A stretch of DNA of 64,000 nt from an uncultured Pelagibacteraceae bacterium (GTDB lineage Bacteria; Pseudomonadota; Alphaproteobacteria; Pelagibacterales; Pelagibacteraceae). Shown in pieces: positions 20,220 to 30,905 of this stretch. The notes below the pieces were generated by a model, which saw only the letters and a list, made by a program, of their open reading frames with translations, did no database searches and had not been told where the DNA came from. Within the stretch, counting starts at the first letter, position 1. Each line of letters opens with the position of its first letter. The position numbers and the translations under genes were made by a program. Location: NCBI GenBank assembly GCA_902624465.1, contig CACNXP010000001.1, forward strand, positions 31,115 to 95,114, read 5' to 3'.

Positions 20220-20846
20220 CTAAATATTCATAAAATTATCAATTATTTTTAGCCCCAATTTATCACTTTTTTCTGGATGAAACTGTGTCCCAAAGATATT
20301 TTCTTTTTCAACAGAACAAACAATATTTGTTGAATAATCTGTTGTTGCTGAAATTACATTTTTATCATTTGGTAAAAATTCGTAACTATGCACAAAATAC
20401 ATGTGTGAATTATTTTCTATATTTTCAAAAATTTTACTTTCCTTAACAATATTAATTTGGTTCCACCCTATGTGAGGAAGTTTATATTTTCCATTTTGGT
20501 TATCTATTTTTGAAACTTTGCCAGGAATCCAACCTAAACCTTTGGTTTCTGTTTCCTCATAACCAATATCAGCAAACATTTGTAAACCAACACAAATTCC
20601 AAGAAGTGGTTTTTTATTATTTATTGCAAATTCATTTAAAGTTTCAGTTAGACCTTTGATTTTATTCAAAGCATCTACACAACTTTTAAATGAACCCTGC
20701 CCCGGTAAAACCACTTTATCGCTAGACTTAATTTTATTTATATCAGCAGTAACCTCAATATTTACCTTATCTTTGGCAACTTCTTTAAATGAGTTTATCA
20801 CCGAGCTTATATTGCCCGAGTTGTAATCAACAATAGTAACTTTCAT
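20220..20846 (-). CDS. hisH: Imidazole glycerol phosphate synthase glutamine amidotransferase HisH
   Basis: LPGQGSF, LGICVGLQ, PHIGWN and QFHPEKS motifs. Confidence 0.96.
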   Translation of the reverse strand: MKVTIVDYNSGNISSVINSFKEVAKDKVNIEVTADINKIKSSDKVVLPGQGSFKSCVDALNKIKGLTETLNEFAINNKKPLLGICVGLQMFADIGYEETETKGLGWIPGKVSKIDNQNGKYKLPHIGWNQINIVKESKIFENIENNSHMYFVHSYEFLPNDKNVISATTDYSTNIVCSVEKENIFGTQFHPEKSDKLGLKIIDNFMNI

Positions 20847-20851
20847 TAATT

Positions 20852-21442
20852 TTATAATGAGCCTTTAGTAGACGGAATTGATTTACTGTTCCTTGGGTCT
20901 ATCTCTAATGCGGCTCTTAATGATCTTGCTAATCCCTTAAAACAAGACTCAATGATGTGGTGACTATTATCACCATAAATATTTTCTACGTGCAAAGTAA
21001 TTCCTGCTGCTTGAGAAAAAGCCTGAAACCATTCCTTAAAAAGTTCTGTATCCATCTCACCAAGCTTTTCAACTTTTAAATTTACTTTCCAAATTAGATA
21101 AGGTCTATTTGAAATATCAATTGCAACACGTGATAAAGTTTCATCCATAGGTATCATCGCATGAGCATATCTTCTAATACCAACAGATTTTTTTAGTGCT
21201 TTTTTCAAAGCCTCGCCGATTGCTATACCTGTATCTTCGGTTGTGTGATGAAGATCAATGTGCGTATCTCCTTTAGCTTTTATACTCATATCAATTGATG
21301 AATGCTTGGATAATTGCTCAAGCATGTGATTAAGAAATCCTATTCCAGTATCGATCTTATATTTACCTTTACCATCAATGTTGAGATCAACACTTATACT
21401 GGTCTCTTTTGTTTTTCGACTAATTTTACCTTTACGCTTCAT
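20852..21442 (-). CDS. hisB: Imidazoleglycerol-phosphate dehydratase
   Basis: RKTKET, HHTTED, PMDE and NSHHIIE motifs. Confidence 0.97.
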   Translation of the reverse strand: MKRKGKISRKTKETSISVDLNIDGKGKYKIDTGIGFLNHMLEQLSKHSSIDMSIKAKGDTHIDLHHTTEDTGIAIGEALKKALKKSVGIRRYAHAMIPMDETLSRVAIDISNRPYLIWKVNLKVEKLGEMDTELFKEWFQAFSQAAGITLHVENIYGDNSHHIIESCFKGLARSLRAALEIDPRNSKSIPSTKGSL

Positions 21443-21498
21443 AATTAAAAAGAGGTATACATATATTATCCAATTATGGCAATAATACTAAACCTGGG

Positions 21499-21526
21499 CT
21501 TGAACTATTAGATTTAGTATCCATTT
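21499..21526 (+). promoter_or_regulatory. Putative RpoH (sigma32) promoter of hslVU
   Basis: CTTGAA-N14-ATCCATTT just upstream of the hslV ATG. Confidence 0.55.
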
Positions 21527-21533
21527 ATAAGCT

Positions 21534-22049
21534 ATGACAACAATTGTTTTAGTAAGAAAAAATAATGAAGTAGTAGTTGCTGGCGATGGTCAGGTTAGCA
21601 TGGGAAATACTGTTGTTAAAAGTACTGCATCAAAAGTAAGAAAAATTGAGAAAAGAGATGTTGTTGCTGGATTTGCAGGTTCTACTGCAGATGCATTAAC
21701 TTTATTTGAAAGATTAGAAGCAAAAATAGAAAAACATGCTGGAAATTTATCAAGAGCAGCTGTTGAATTAGCAAAAGATTGGCGAACAGATAAATACTTA
21801 AGGAGACTAGAGGCTTTAATGGCTATTGGTGACAAAGATAATAGTTATATTATCTCTGGAACTGGAGATGTTCTAGAGCCAGAGGGTGATGTAATTGGAA
21901 TTGGTTCAGGTGGAAATTACGCTTTGGCAGCTGGAAAAGTTTTAATGGGTACAGATATGAGCGCTGAAGAGGTAGCAAAAAAAGCTATTGAAGTTGCTTC
22001 AGAAATTTGTGTTTTTACCAATAATAATATTAAGGTTGAAAAAATATAA
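21534..22049 (+). CDS. hslV: ATP-dependent protease peptidase subunit HslV
   Basis: N-terminal MTTI (catalytic Thr), [13 protein letters not shown] and GSGG motifs. Confidence 0.97.
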   Translation: MTTIVLVRKNNEVVVAGDGQVSMGNTVVKSTASKVRKIEKRDVVAGFAGSTADALTLFERLEAKIEKHAGNLSRAAVELAKDWRTDKYLRRLEALMAIGDKDNSYIISGTGDVLEPEGDVIGIGSGGNYALAAGKVLMGTDMSAEEVAKKAIEVASEICVFTNNNIKVEKI

Positions 22050-23422
22050 TGGAAAAATCTAACGTTACACCTCTTGTTCCAAAAGATAAAAATTCTAAAG
22101 ATAATGAAACTTTAGTTAGTTCATTATCACCAAGAGAAATAGTTTCAGAGTTAGATAGATTTGTTGTAGGCCAAAATAAAGCCAAAAAAGCTGTTGCTGT
22201 AGCTCTGAGAAATAGATGGCGAAGGCAAGCTTTAAAAGGTGAAATGAAGAATGAAGTATTGCCCAAAAATATACTTATGATTGGACCAACTGGAGTTGGT
22301 AAAACTGAAATTTCTAGAAGATTATCAAAACTTGCTGAAGCACCATTTGTAAAAGTTGAAGCAACAAGATTTACAGAAGTTGGTTATGTCGGAAGAGATG
22401 TTGAGCAAATTGTAAGAGATTTAGTTGAAATTGCTATTTCAATGGAAAAAGTAAAAAAAAGAAAAGAAGTTTATGCAAAAGCACAAAAGATGGCAGAAGA
22501 AAAAGTTTTAGATGCTTTAGTTGGAAAAAAGGCAAGCACGGCTACTAGAGAGAGTTTTAGAAAAAGATTAAGAGATGGGGATTTAGACAATAATGAAATT
22601 GAAATAGCTGTAAGTGATACTGGTGGAGGTGGAACATCCTTTGAAATTCCAGGTATGCCAGGAGCAAATGTTGGCATGATCAATATTGGAGAAATGCTTG
22701 GAAAGTCAATGGGCACAAAAGAAAAAAAGAAAAAAATGACTGTAAAAGAGTCTCATGAAATTTTAATTAATGATGAGTCTGATAAATTGATTGAACAGGA
22801 CAAAATTATTAAAGCGGCTAAGATTTCAACTGAAAACAATGGAATAGTTTTTTTGGATGAAATTGATAAAATTTCTGGCAGAACCGATAGAGTTGGTGGA
22901 GATGTATCAAGAGAAGGAGTACAAAGAGATTTATTACCTCTTATCGAAGGTACAACGGTTAACACGAAATATGGTCCTATTAAAACAGATCATATTTTAT
23001 TTATTGCATCGGGTGCATTTCAACTCGCTAAACCCTCAGATTTATTACCTGAACTTCAGGGTAGATTACCTATTAGAGTTGAGTTAGAGGCCTTAACGAG
23101 TGAGGACTTTAAAAGAATTCTTAAGGAACCGGATTTTAGTTTAATTAAACAATATGTTGCTTTATTAAAAACAGAAAATGTAGATTTAGAGTTTGCTGAA
23201 GATGGGATTGATGCAATCGCCAATATAGCCTCTGAAGTTAATACAACTGTTGAAAATATAGGAGCAAGAAGACTGCATACTATTATTGAAAAAATACTAG
23301 ATGAAATAAGTTTTACGGCAACAGACAGAGCTGGTGAAAAAATAATTATTAATAAGGAATATATAAATAAAAATTTGGATAATCTTGTAAAAGATACAGA
23401 TTTGTCAAAATTTATACTTTAA
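22049..23422 (+). CDS. hslU: ATP-dependent protease ATPase subunit HslU
   Basis: [24 protein letters not shown] and [11 protein letters not shown] motifs. Confidence 0.97.
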   Translation: MEKSNVTPLVPKDKNSKDNETLVSSLSPREIVSELDRFVVGQNKAKKAVAVALRNRWRRQALKGEMKNEVLPKNILMIGPTGVGKTEISRRLSKLAEAPFVKVEATRFTEVGYVGRDVEQIVRDLVEIAISMEKVKKRKEVYAKAQKMAEEKVLDALVGKKASTATRESFRKRLRDGDLDNNEIEIAVSDTGGGGTSFEIPGMPGANVGMINIGEMLGKSMGTKEKKKKMTVKESHEILINDESDKLIEQDKIIKAAKISTENNGIVFLDEIDKISGRTDRVGGDVSREGVQRDLLPLIEGTTVNTKYGPIKTDHILFIASGAFQLAKPSDLLPELQGRLPIRVELEALTSEDFKRILKEPDFSLIKQYVALLKTENVDLEFAEDGIDAIANIASEVNTTVENIGARRLHTIIEKILDEISFTATDRAGEKIIINKEYINKNLDNLVKDTDLSKFIL

Positions 23423-23426
23423 AGCA

Positions 23427-24266
23427 TTATAAATAATTAAGTTCCTTCATTTCATTTTCTAATTCTTTTTCCAAATTTTCTCTTATTTTTTTGTCTAGAA
23501 GTTTTTTCCAATCATTTTTAATTCCCATATTAAAAAACTTTATTTTTTCACCAGTTTTTTTATCCTCTTTTGCCTCAGCAAAACTTTCTTTAGCCTCAAG
23601 TTTCTGCATTTTGTCAAATCCTGTTGTTCTAAGAGTATTGTCAAATTTTTCCTTATCTAATGTAAATTTAACTCGACCAAGATGGGCAATAAATTTTAAA
23701 ATGTTTAAAAAAGTTTTCTCAGTATCATTTATTAAATCTTCGTATCTAACCAATAAATATTTATTGAATCTCCTAAAAACCTTCCAGGAATTGAAGTGAT
23801 ATTTCCAAGAAGCTATATAAGTTGTACAATGATGTTTAGAGGTCTGACCAAGATACTGGTGAGATAATAAACTTTCAAGAGCTTGTTCAGGTTGTAATTG
23901 GAAGTGATGTGAAAATGAAGTAACAATATTTCTAGGATCTCTTACAATATAAATAACACCCAAGGTATTGTGTCTATCAGTAAATTGAAATTTATTGGTA
24001 TTAACAAAACAACTATGAGTTTTTAAAAATCTAATAGAATCTTTTTCATTAAATAATTTTTGAGAATTAATATAGTTTTTGTACATTTCATCTTCATTTT
24101 CTATATCAACACCCAATTGTTTAAATAATGAATTATCTGGAAATTGTTTAATTTCTTTTAATAATTCAAAATTAAAGTTGCCATCTTTAGAAAATATATA
24201 TGAGGAAAGTAAAGATCTTACAAAAGTATTTCCACTTTTAGGATATGAAGCTAACCAAACAATCAT
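23427..24266 (-). CDS. Sulfotransferase domain protein (PAPS-dependent)
   Basis: 5'-PSB loop SYPKSGNTFVR, LKTH, 3'-PB IVRDPRNIVTS, RYEDL and C-terminal GIKNDWK. Confidence 0.9.
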   Translation of the reverse strand: MIVWLASYPKSGNTFVRSLLSSYIFSKDGNFNFELLKEIKQFPDNSLFKQLGVDIENEDEMYKNYINSQKLFNEKDSIRFLKTHSCFVNTNKFQFTDRHNTLGVIYIVRDPRNIVTSFSHHFQLQPEQALESLLSHQYLGQTSKHHCTTYIASWKYHFNSWKVFRRFNKYLLVRYEDLINDTEKTFLNILKFIAHLGRVKFTLDKEKFDNTLRTTGFDKMQKLEAKESFAEAKEDKKTGEKIKFFNMGIKNDWKKLLDKKIRENLEKELENEMKELNYL

Positions 24267-24308
24267 TATTTAATTTATTATATAATTGAATTTCCAATCA
24301 TATATAGA

Positions 24309-24719
24309 TTATTTTTTTTTTAAGAAAATATAAAAAGCACCGCTTCCACCATCTTTTATACTTGCCTCACTGATATTTGAAATCATTTTCATCAAATCTG
24401 AATTTTTACTTAAAAAATCGGGTATTGAATATTTCAAAATACCTAAGTCTTTCGAAACATATGGGTCTTTGTCATTCTTGGAGTGAAGACCTTTCCCAGT
24501 AACAATTATTAATTTTCGAACTCTATCTTTAAAAGATTTTTTTATAAAGTTCTCAACAGTCTGATTTGCCTCTTCAAGACTTTTGCCGTGAAGGTCCAAT
24601 GTTCTAGTTTTTTTAACTTGAGTTTCTATTTGTTCAATATCTTTATTTGGCAATTTTTGATTTTTATATAAAAATTCTTCCCAAGTTTTTTTGTCTTTTT
24701 CTGAAATTTTACTATTCAC
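24309..24719 (-). CDS. Smr/MutS2 domain protein
   Basis: LDLHG, IIVTGKG and GGSGAFYIFL motifs. Confidence 0.92.
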   Translation of the reverse strand: MNSKISEKDKKTWEEFLYKNQKLPNKDIEQIETQVKKTRTLDLHGKSLEEANQTVENFIKKSFKDRVRKLIIVTGKGLHSKNDKDPYVSKDLGILKYSIPDFLSKNSDLMKMISNISEASIKDGGSGAFYIFLKKK

Positions 24720-25316
24720 TTAGTTGAGAGTATTTACCAACAACCAGTTTGGATTGTTTGATCTCATATCTCTAGAAAATGTCCAAGTGTCATAAATAGT
24801 TTTGATCTTATCAGGACTTCCTGAAACGATTTTTTTCTCTTTATCTCTTATACAAGTAATGATCTCACTTACAAAATCTACTGTAACCTGAAGAGCTTTA
24901 TCGATTTTTTTGTGTTCTTTTATGTCTGCTGATTTTATTCCAATAAATGTTATTTCAGCATAATGGCCTCTGTCACCTCTATCTTTAAGAGCTTTGTTAA
25001 ACTCGTCATAAATTTCTTTACTTAGTAAAGGTTTGCTGGCTATTAACTTATTATCATTGTCACTAAAATCAGTAATGATAGTTTCATAAGCGATCTTTGC
25101 TCCTTTTAAAAATTCGCTTTGAGCTTTTTTGTCAAAATTCTCCTCTTTTTTTAAATTACTTTCTTGATGAACTTCTTTTAAAATTTCTTGGAATTGTTGA
25201 GGGTTTTTTCCCTCAAAACCAGTTCTTTTTCCAAGAATACCTCTTAATCTTAAAAAGATAAATCCGGCTATCATAGCTAATAGTATAATATCGATGTATT
25301 CAAAACTATAATTCAT
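24720..25316 (-). CDS. Tim44/TimA family protein
   Basis: LRLRGILGKRTG, FLKGAKIAYE and DTWTFSR...PNWLL motifs. Confidence 0.9.
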   Translation of the reverse strand: MNYSFEYIDIILLAMIAGFIFLRLRGILGKRTGFEGKNPQQFQEILKEVHQESNLKKEENFDKKAQSEFLKGAKIAYETIITDFSDNDNKLIASKPLLSKEIYDEFNKALKDRGDRGHYAEITFIGIKSADIKEHKKIDKALQVTVDFVSEIITCIRDKEKKIVSGSPDKIKTIYDTWTFSRDMRSNNPNWLLVNTLN

Positions 25317-25373
25317 ACTAGCAATTTAATTACTCTGTTGAATAATTTCAACTAGCAATTAAATTAAAGACAA

Positions 25374-25799
25374 ATGAACTCAGTATTAATTACCCTTATC
25401 TTAGTCCCTGTTGTAGAAATTTATCTATTTATTAAGATTGGTGGTCAAATAGGTGCGTTTAACACGATATCACTTATATTTATCACAGCAATAATTGGAG
25501 TGTTTTATGCACGATACGAAGGGTTAAATACTCTCAGATCCGGTTTTTCACAATTAGTAAAAAATGAAGCACCAATTTATGAAATAATCTCAGGTGCTGC
25601 CATAACATTTGCAGCACTTCTTTTGATAATTCCTGGATTTGCAACTGATCTTTTAGGATTTCTTTTAATATTTCCTTTAACAAGAAAATTATTTTTTGGA
25701 AAATTTATAAACAAATTAAAGAGTAAGACAAAAATTAAAAAACCATATATAGAAGGTGAATTTGAAGATATAGAGGAAGATGATGAGCGAAAACTATAA
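25374..25799 (+). CDS. fxsA: FxsA family membrane protein
   Basis: PVVEIYLFI, LLIIPGFATD and IEGEFE motifs. Confidence 0.9.
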   Translation: MNSVLITLILVPVVEIYLFIKIGGQIGAFNTISLIFITAIIGVFYARYEGLNTLRSGFSQLVKNEAPIYEIISGAAITFAALLLIIPGFATDLLGFLLIFPLTRKLFFGKFINKLKSKTKIKKPYIEGEFEDIEEDDERKL

Positions 25800-26205
25800 A
25801 ATAATGAGTAAATTTATGAAAGATGTTTCAGGTGAAACACCTGACTTCGAAACATATCTATACGTAAAAGATTTTATCTCTAAATATCAACTTAATATTG
25901 AAATAACCTCAAAAGCTTTAAAGGCTCAGGTTATTGAAGTAGATACTATTCTCAAATTCCATGATGATAGTGAAGCTAAAAAGAAATCACATTTTGAAAT
26001 GACATATACTTCTATTGTCAAACTAAATGAGGAAGTAAAAGATAAGAATATTGTTCAAAAGATAGTATTATGTGATGTTCAAAAAGAAATATTTCCTGAA
26101 ATTGAAAAAGCATTACTGACCCTTTTACACATCTCAGGTTATCCTAATGTAAAATTTTTGAAAAAAATAGATTTTGAGGAACTCTACAATAAAAAATTTA
26201 ACTAA
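25780..26205 (+). CDS. secB: Protein-export chaperone SecB (divergent)
   Basis: KFMKDVSGETP resembles QYxKDLSFE; IDFEELY C-terminus; fxsA-secB synteny. Confidence 0.8.
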   Translation: MMSENYKIMSKFMKDVSGETPDFETYLYVKDFISKYQLNIEITSKALKAQVIEVDTILKFHDDSEAKKKSHFEMTYTSIVKLNEEVKDKNIVQKIVLCDVQKEIFPEIEKALLTLLHISGYPNVKFLKKIDFEELYNKKFN

Positions 26206-26864
26206 AAAAAATTTTTTTTTAAATTAATTTTTAAATATTGTTCATGTGCTTTTTTTTCTTTTTCACTGGGTTTTATAACTTTCTTAAAATATGAAATATT
26301 TGTTTTTATAATTTCATTTACACCACTATTTTCGCTGTTAAAATTTAATTTTGGTTCTTTCTGATCTATTAAATTAATATAAACTTTAGACAACAAATCA
26401 CAGTCAATAAGGGCAGTATGTTTTTCTCTTTTAGAGTTATCAATCCTATACCTTTTACAAAGTGCATCTAGACTGTTAGAAGATCCTGGAAATTTATCTC
26501 TTGCCAAAACAACAGTATCTATTATTTCATTTTTAATCAAATCTTTACCTGCTATTTTCAACTCATTATTTAAATGCGACAGATCAAACTCAGCATTATG
26601 AATGATCAGTTTTTTTCCTTTTATATAAAGTAAAAAATCATCTGCTACTTCTTTAAATTTTTTTTTATTTGATAAAAATTCATCTGTATATCCATGAGTT
26701 TCTAAAGCTTTTTCAGAAACTTTTCTCTCAGGATTTAAATAACAATGAAAGTTATTGTTTGTAGGGGTAAAATTTTCTAACTCAATGCATCCTATCTCTA
26801 CTATTCGGTGACCTTCTTTAACAGACAATCCTGTTGTTTCTGTATCTAAAATTATTTCTTTCAT
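26202..26864 (-). CDS. dnaQ: DNA polymerase III epsilon subunit
   Basis: LDTETTG, HNAEFD, SLDALC and HTALID motifs. Confidence 0.96.
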   Translation of the reverse strand: MKEIILDTETTGLSVKEGHRIVEIGCIELENFTPTNNNFHCYLNPERKVSEKALETHGYTDEFLSNKKKFKEVADDFLLYIKGKKLIIHNAEFDLSHLNNELKIAGKDLIKNEIIDTVVLARDKFPGSSNSLDALCKRYRIDNSKREKHTALIDCDLLSKVYINLIDQKEPKLNFNSENSGVNEIIKTNISYFKKVIKPSEKEKKAHEQYLKINLKKNFF

Positions 26865-27434
26865 TTAATAAATTTGATTAAGAATATATTTTATCTGTCT
26901 TTTAATAAATCTATTTGTAAAATTATTTTTAATAATAAAGTTTGATTTTTTTCTTTTATAGTCAAGTGGTAGTTGTATTTTTCTAAATCTGTTCATAATT
27001 TTTGAATTAAAATTTTGCCTTTTTTTCAATCTCTTTAGAATTTCAGTTCTATTAGATTGAACAAATATCAAAATATCTTTTCTTTTATTAATTTTATTCT
27101 CAAGTAATAAAGGAATATCTAAAATGATTAATTTACTTTTTTTATTTTTCTTTAAAAAAATATTCATCCTTTTTCTTATTTCAGGATGAATAATTTTAAT
27201 AATTTTCCTTAAATTATTTTTATTTGCTAATATTGTCTTTGTTACCTCTTGTTTTGTTATTGGAAATTGAGTGATATATTTAGGTAAAGACTTATTAAGT
27301 TCTTTAAAAATTTTTTTATTTTTTTTATATAATTTTCCAACTTCATTATCAGCATTAAATACTGGGCAGCCAAATGACTTTGCTACAAAACTTTTTCCAG
27401 ATCCTATATCTCCTAAAATTCCAATTCTAATCAT
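26865..27434 (-). CDS. coaE: Dephospho-CoA kinase
   Basis: GDIGSGKS P-loop, IHP and DIPLLLE motifs; synteny. Confidence 0.92.
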   Translation of the reverse strand: MIRIGILGDIGSGKSFVAKSFGCPVFNADNEVGKLYKKNKKIFKELNKSLPKYITQFPITKQEVTKTILANKNNLRKIIKIIHPEIRKRMNIFLKKNKKSKLIILDIPLLLENKINKRKDILIFVQSNRTEILKRLKKRQNFNSKIMNRFRKIQLPLDYKRKKSNFIIKNNFTNRFIKRQIKYILNQIY

Positions 27435-28221
27435 TATCTAAAAGCTTAAATGTATCAGTGTTAACTTTTGGTTCTATCTTGTGCCATAATTTAAATGCTT
27501 CCAGAGCTTGGTAAACAAACATGGTTTTTCCATTTTCAGTCTTGTATCCTAATTGTTTTCCCTTTTTCAAAAATTGAGTTTCTTGAGGATTATAAATTAC
27601 ATCAAAAAATAATTTATCATTTTCCGAACTTGAAAAATTTAGATTTATTTTTTCATTATTTAAACCAAGACTTGTGGCATTTATTACCATATGAAAATCA
27701 GTTAAGTTTCCCCATTCTAAAATTTTAATATTATTAAATAAAACTCTCAAATTTTCTGCTTTCTCTTTGGTTCTGTTACTAATTGTTATCTCTTGAACAT
27801 TCATATTTTTTAATGCAAAAATTATTGACGGCACTACACCGCCAGCCCCCAAAATCAAAATTTTCTTTCCTTTTAAACTAAAATTTAACTTTTTAATCGC
27901 ACTATCAAAACCAGCTATATCTGTATTATGTCCAACTAGATCACCATTTTCAAAATTGATTGTGTTTACTGATTGGGTCTGTTCTGCCTCTGGGCTTAAT
28001 TTATCTAAAAAAGGAATAACCATTTTTTTGAAAGGGACAGTTACATTACAACCAGCTATTTTTTGTTTTTTAATATCCTGAATGAAATCTTTAATTTCGT
28101 GTTTCTCCAACTTAATTTTGTCATACATAGCATCGATGTTATTTTCTTTTAGCCACCAGTTTTGAAGTTTGGGAGACAAAGAATGATCAATTGGATTTCC
28201 TATTACTAAATATTTTTTCAT
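27427..28221 (-). CDS. aroE: Shikimate dehydrogenase
   Basis: HSLSP, NVTVPFK, NTD, GAGG and INATSLG motifs. Confidence 0.96.
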   Translation of the reverse strand: MKKYLVIGNPIDHSLSPKLQNWWLKENNIDAMYDKIKLEKHEIKDFIQDIKKQKIAGCNVTVPFKKMVIPFLDKLSPEAEQTQSVNTINFENGDLVGHNTDIAGFDSAIKKLNFSLKGKKILILGAGGVVPSIIFALKNMNVQEITISNRTKEKAENLRVLFNNIKILEWGNLTDFHMVINATSLGLNNEKINLNFSSSENDKLFFDVIYNPQETQFLKKGKQLGYKTENGKTMFVYQALEAFKLWHKIEPKVNTDTFKLLDND

Positions 28222-28802
28222 TTGTAATTACTTAAATATTTTTTTATTTTTTTTATCGGTAATCCCATAATGGTATCTTCATCTCCTTCTATATCTAAGA
28301 ATAATTTTCTACCCTCCCCTTCAATTTGATATACATTGTAAGCATACAATGCTTCATCTGTGATTTTTGACAAATAACTTTTAAGCTCATTTAAACTAAA
28401 TTTTTTCATTGTTAAAGTTGCTTTATCAGTGTAATTCCAAACCATAATACCATTTTGGGAAATACAAACTGAACTGATAAGAAGATGTCTTTTTCCATTT
28501 AGTTTTTTTAAAATTTCTAAAGCTTGATCTCTATTTATGGGTTTGGATATTAATTCACCATCTAAATCTATTACACTATCAGCGCCTATCACTAAAGGGC
28601 CATGATTTTTTTGGCTAACCTTGTTTGCTTTTAATTCAGCTAAATTTTTTGATATTAATTCAGGGGATGCTTTTTCTTTAAGTAAGCTCTCTTTAACAAT
28701 ATCTTCGTCTAGATTAGAATTTTGCACTTCTGCAAACACATTATTATTATCCAAAATTTGCTTTCTAACTTTGCTTTTTGAGGCAAGGATGATTTTAACC
28801 AT
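28218..28802 (-). CDS. maf: Maf family nucleotide pyrophosphatase
   Basis: ILASKSKVR, LAELKA, IGADS, YQIEG and IMGLP motifs. Confidence 0.92.
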   Translation of the reverse strand: MVKIILASKSKVRKQILDNNNVFAEVQNSNLDEDIVKESLLKEKASPELISKNLAELKANKVSQKNHGPLVIGADSVIDLDGELISKPINRDQALEILKKLNGKRHLLISSVCISQNGIMVWNYTDKATLTMKKFSLNELKSYLSKITDEALYAYNVYQIEGEGRKLFLDIEGDEDTIMGLPIKKIKKYLSNYK

Positions 28803-29619
28803 TATTTTTATAAATTTCGTATATCTTTATAATTGAAGCGGCAGTTTCTTCGACGGATTTTCTAGTTACATCAATTGTTGGCCACTTATATTTTTTAAAA
28901 GTATTTTTAGCGTCATCAACTTCTTTTTTAATTTTAGATAGGTCTGTGTAAGATTTGTTCTGTGACTCCTTTAGTGAATTCATTCGATTCTTTCTAATGT
29001 CAGCTAGCCTATCTGGTTCTGTGCTTAAACCGACAACACAAGTTAGATTAGGTTTTTCTTTTAAAATTTCAGGTATAGATTTTTCATTTACCAAAGGTAT
29101 GTTTGATATTTTAAAACCTTTATTTGCCAAATATATTGAGGTTGGCGTCTTACTTGTTCTACTTACTCCTAATAAAATTATGTCTGATTTTTTAATATCT
29201 TTAATTAAATTACCATCGTCATGGTTCATTGTAAATTGGATCGCTTCAATTTTCTTATAATATTCATCATTCAGTGTGTATTGACCACTAGGCTGGTGAG
29301 AGGCTTTTTGATTGAGAAGTTTTGAAAAGCTTAAAATAAGATCCCCCAGAACACCAAAGCATGGAATTTTTTTTTCTTCACTGTTTTTTGCAAGATATTT
29401 AGCAAGTCCACTATCTACAATTGAATATAAAATTATAGGGTTTGAATTTTTATGAGCACTAGATAATATTTTTAAAATTTGATTTTCTGTACGCGTAAAT
29501 GAATATGTGTGAACTTTATAATCTATATTTTTAAATTGAGCTTTTATTGCTGTAAAAATTCTATCTAAAGTCTCTCCAGTAGAGTCCGATATTAAATAAA
29601 TTTGATAAGTATTACTCAT
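28795..29619 (-). CDS. Pyruvate phosphate/water dikinase regulatory kinase-pyrophosphorylase (DUF299)
   Basis: ISDSTGET, HDDG, GVSRTSKTPTSIYLA and SVEETA motifs. Confidence 0.93.
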   Translation of the reverse strand: MSNTYQIYLISDSTGETLDRIFTAIKAQFKNIDYKVHTYSFTRTENQILKILSSAHKNSNPIILYSIVDSGLAKYLAKNSEEKKIPCFGVLGDLILSFSKLLNQKASHQPSGQYTLNDEYYKKIEAIQFTMNHDDGNLIKDIKKSDIILLGVSRTSKTPTSIYLANKGFKISNIPLVNEKSIPEILKEKPNLTCVVGLSTEPDRLADIRKNRMNSLKESQNKSYTDLSKIKKEVDDAKNTFKKYKWPTIDVTRKSVEETAASIIKIYEIYKNNG

Positions 29620-29900
29620 GTATAAAGTGTTAATAGTTTTGTTTTATTTAAACAACTTTGATTTTTTCAGCAAATCTAAAATTTGTGCTGTAAAACATGG
29701 CTTTTATTAACATTATTAAACATTTGTATAAAGTTTTTCATAAAATTGAAATATTGGTAATAAGCTTCAATATTACTTATATATATATCGGAAATTTAGC
29801 TTTAAATGTTAATAACCAGTTTATAAAATGTATATAAAATTTAATTCACGCATTTCACAACTCATACTACAAATATTACTTAATAAATTATATTATTAAT
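29620..29900. other. Probable chromosomal replication origin (oriC)
   Basis: Longest non-coding spacer of the window, between divergent DUF299 and hemE (the Caulobacter/Rickettsia origin position); repeated TTATTAACA-like boxes; AT-rich trinucleotide tract next to hemE; parAB/parS nearby. Confidence 0.75.
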
Positions 29901-30902
29901 ATGTCTGACATAAAAAAAGTTATTAAAGATAAAAAAACAGATTTGAATCCAATATGGATTATGAGACAAGCTGGAAGATACTTACCAGAATTCAGAAAAA
30001 TTAGAGAAAAACATACTAATTTTATAAGACTATGTTTAAATTCTGATTTATCAGCTGAAATAACACTTCAACCACTTAAAAGATTTGATTTAGACGCTGC
30101 CATAATTTTTTCTGATATATTAATTTTACCTTATGGATTAAACCAAAAAGTAGAATTTGTAAAAAATGTTGGTCCTATTCTTGGTGATTTAAATTTCAAT
30201 CAAATGTCTAAATTTACAGCAAATTTTTTTACCGAAAGAATAAATCCAGTTTATAAAGCGATCGAACTAGTCCAAAATAATAAACTTACTGAAAATAAAA
30301 GCACCATAGGTTTTGTTGGTGCACCATGGACATTACTAGTTTATATGTTGAATAAAAAATCACCTAAACAAGGTTTAAAAAAAAACTTTTTTGAAGATAA
30401 AGTGTTAATAACAGAAATGCTAAAAATAATAGAAAAATTTTTAAAGATACATATAAAAAATCAAATAAATAGTGGTGCTGAAATTATTCAAATTTTTGAT
30501 AGTTGGGCAGGATTGTTAAATAATAAAGATCTTGATAAATATGTTTATAATCCAACATTTTCTTTAGTGGAGTTTACTAAAACACTTGATGTACCAGTAA
30601 TATGTTTCCCTAGAGGGATTAAAGATTATAAAAAATATTGCGATATTATTCAGCCAGATGTTATCTGTATTGATTATGAAATTGACCCTGTTCAAATTGC
30701 AAAGAACATAAAAATACCTGTCCAAGGAGGCATGAATCCCAAAATTTTACTAACCGATAAAGAAAATTTAAAGAAAGAGGCAAAAAGATATCTAGATATA
30801 TTTAAAGATCATCCATATATCTTTAATTTGGGACATGGTGTCTTACCAGAAACCAACCCTACTATGATGGAGTATTTGGTTAAAATGGTTAAAGATTATT
30901 AA
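29901..30902 (+). CDS. hemE: Uroporphyrinogen decarboxylase
   Basis: WIMRQAGRYLPE, AAIIFSDIL, GFVGAPWT, QIFDSW and FNLGHG motifs. Confidence 0.97.
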   Translation: MSDIKKVIKDKKTDLNPIWIMRQAGRYLPEFRKIREKHTNFIRLCLNSDLSAEITLQPLKRFDLDAAIIFSDILILPYGLNQKVEFVKNVGPILGDLNFNQMSKFTANFFTERINPVYKAIELVQNNKLTENKSTIGFVGAPWTLLVYMLNKKSPKQGLKKNFFEDKVLITEMLKIIEKFLKIHIKNQINSGAEIIQIFDSWAGLLNNKDLDKYVYNPTFSLVEFTKTLDVPVICFPRGIKDYKKYCDIIQPDVICIDYEIDPVQIAKNIKIPVQGGMNPKILLTDKENLKKEAKRYLDIFKDHPYIFNLGHGVLPETNPTMMEYLVKMVKDY

Positions 30903-30905
30903 GAT

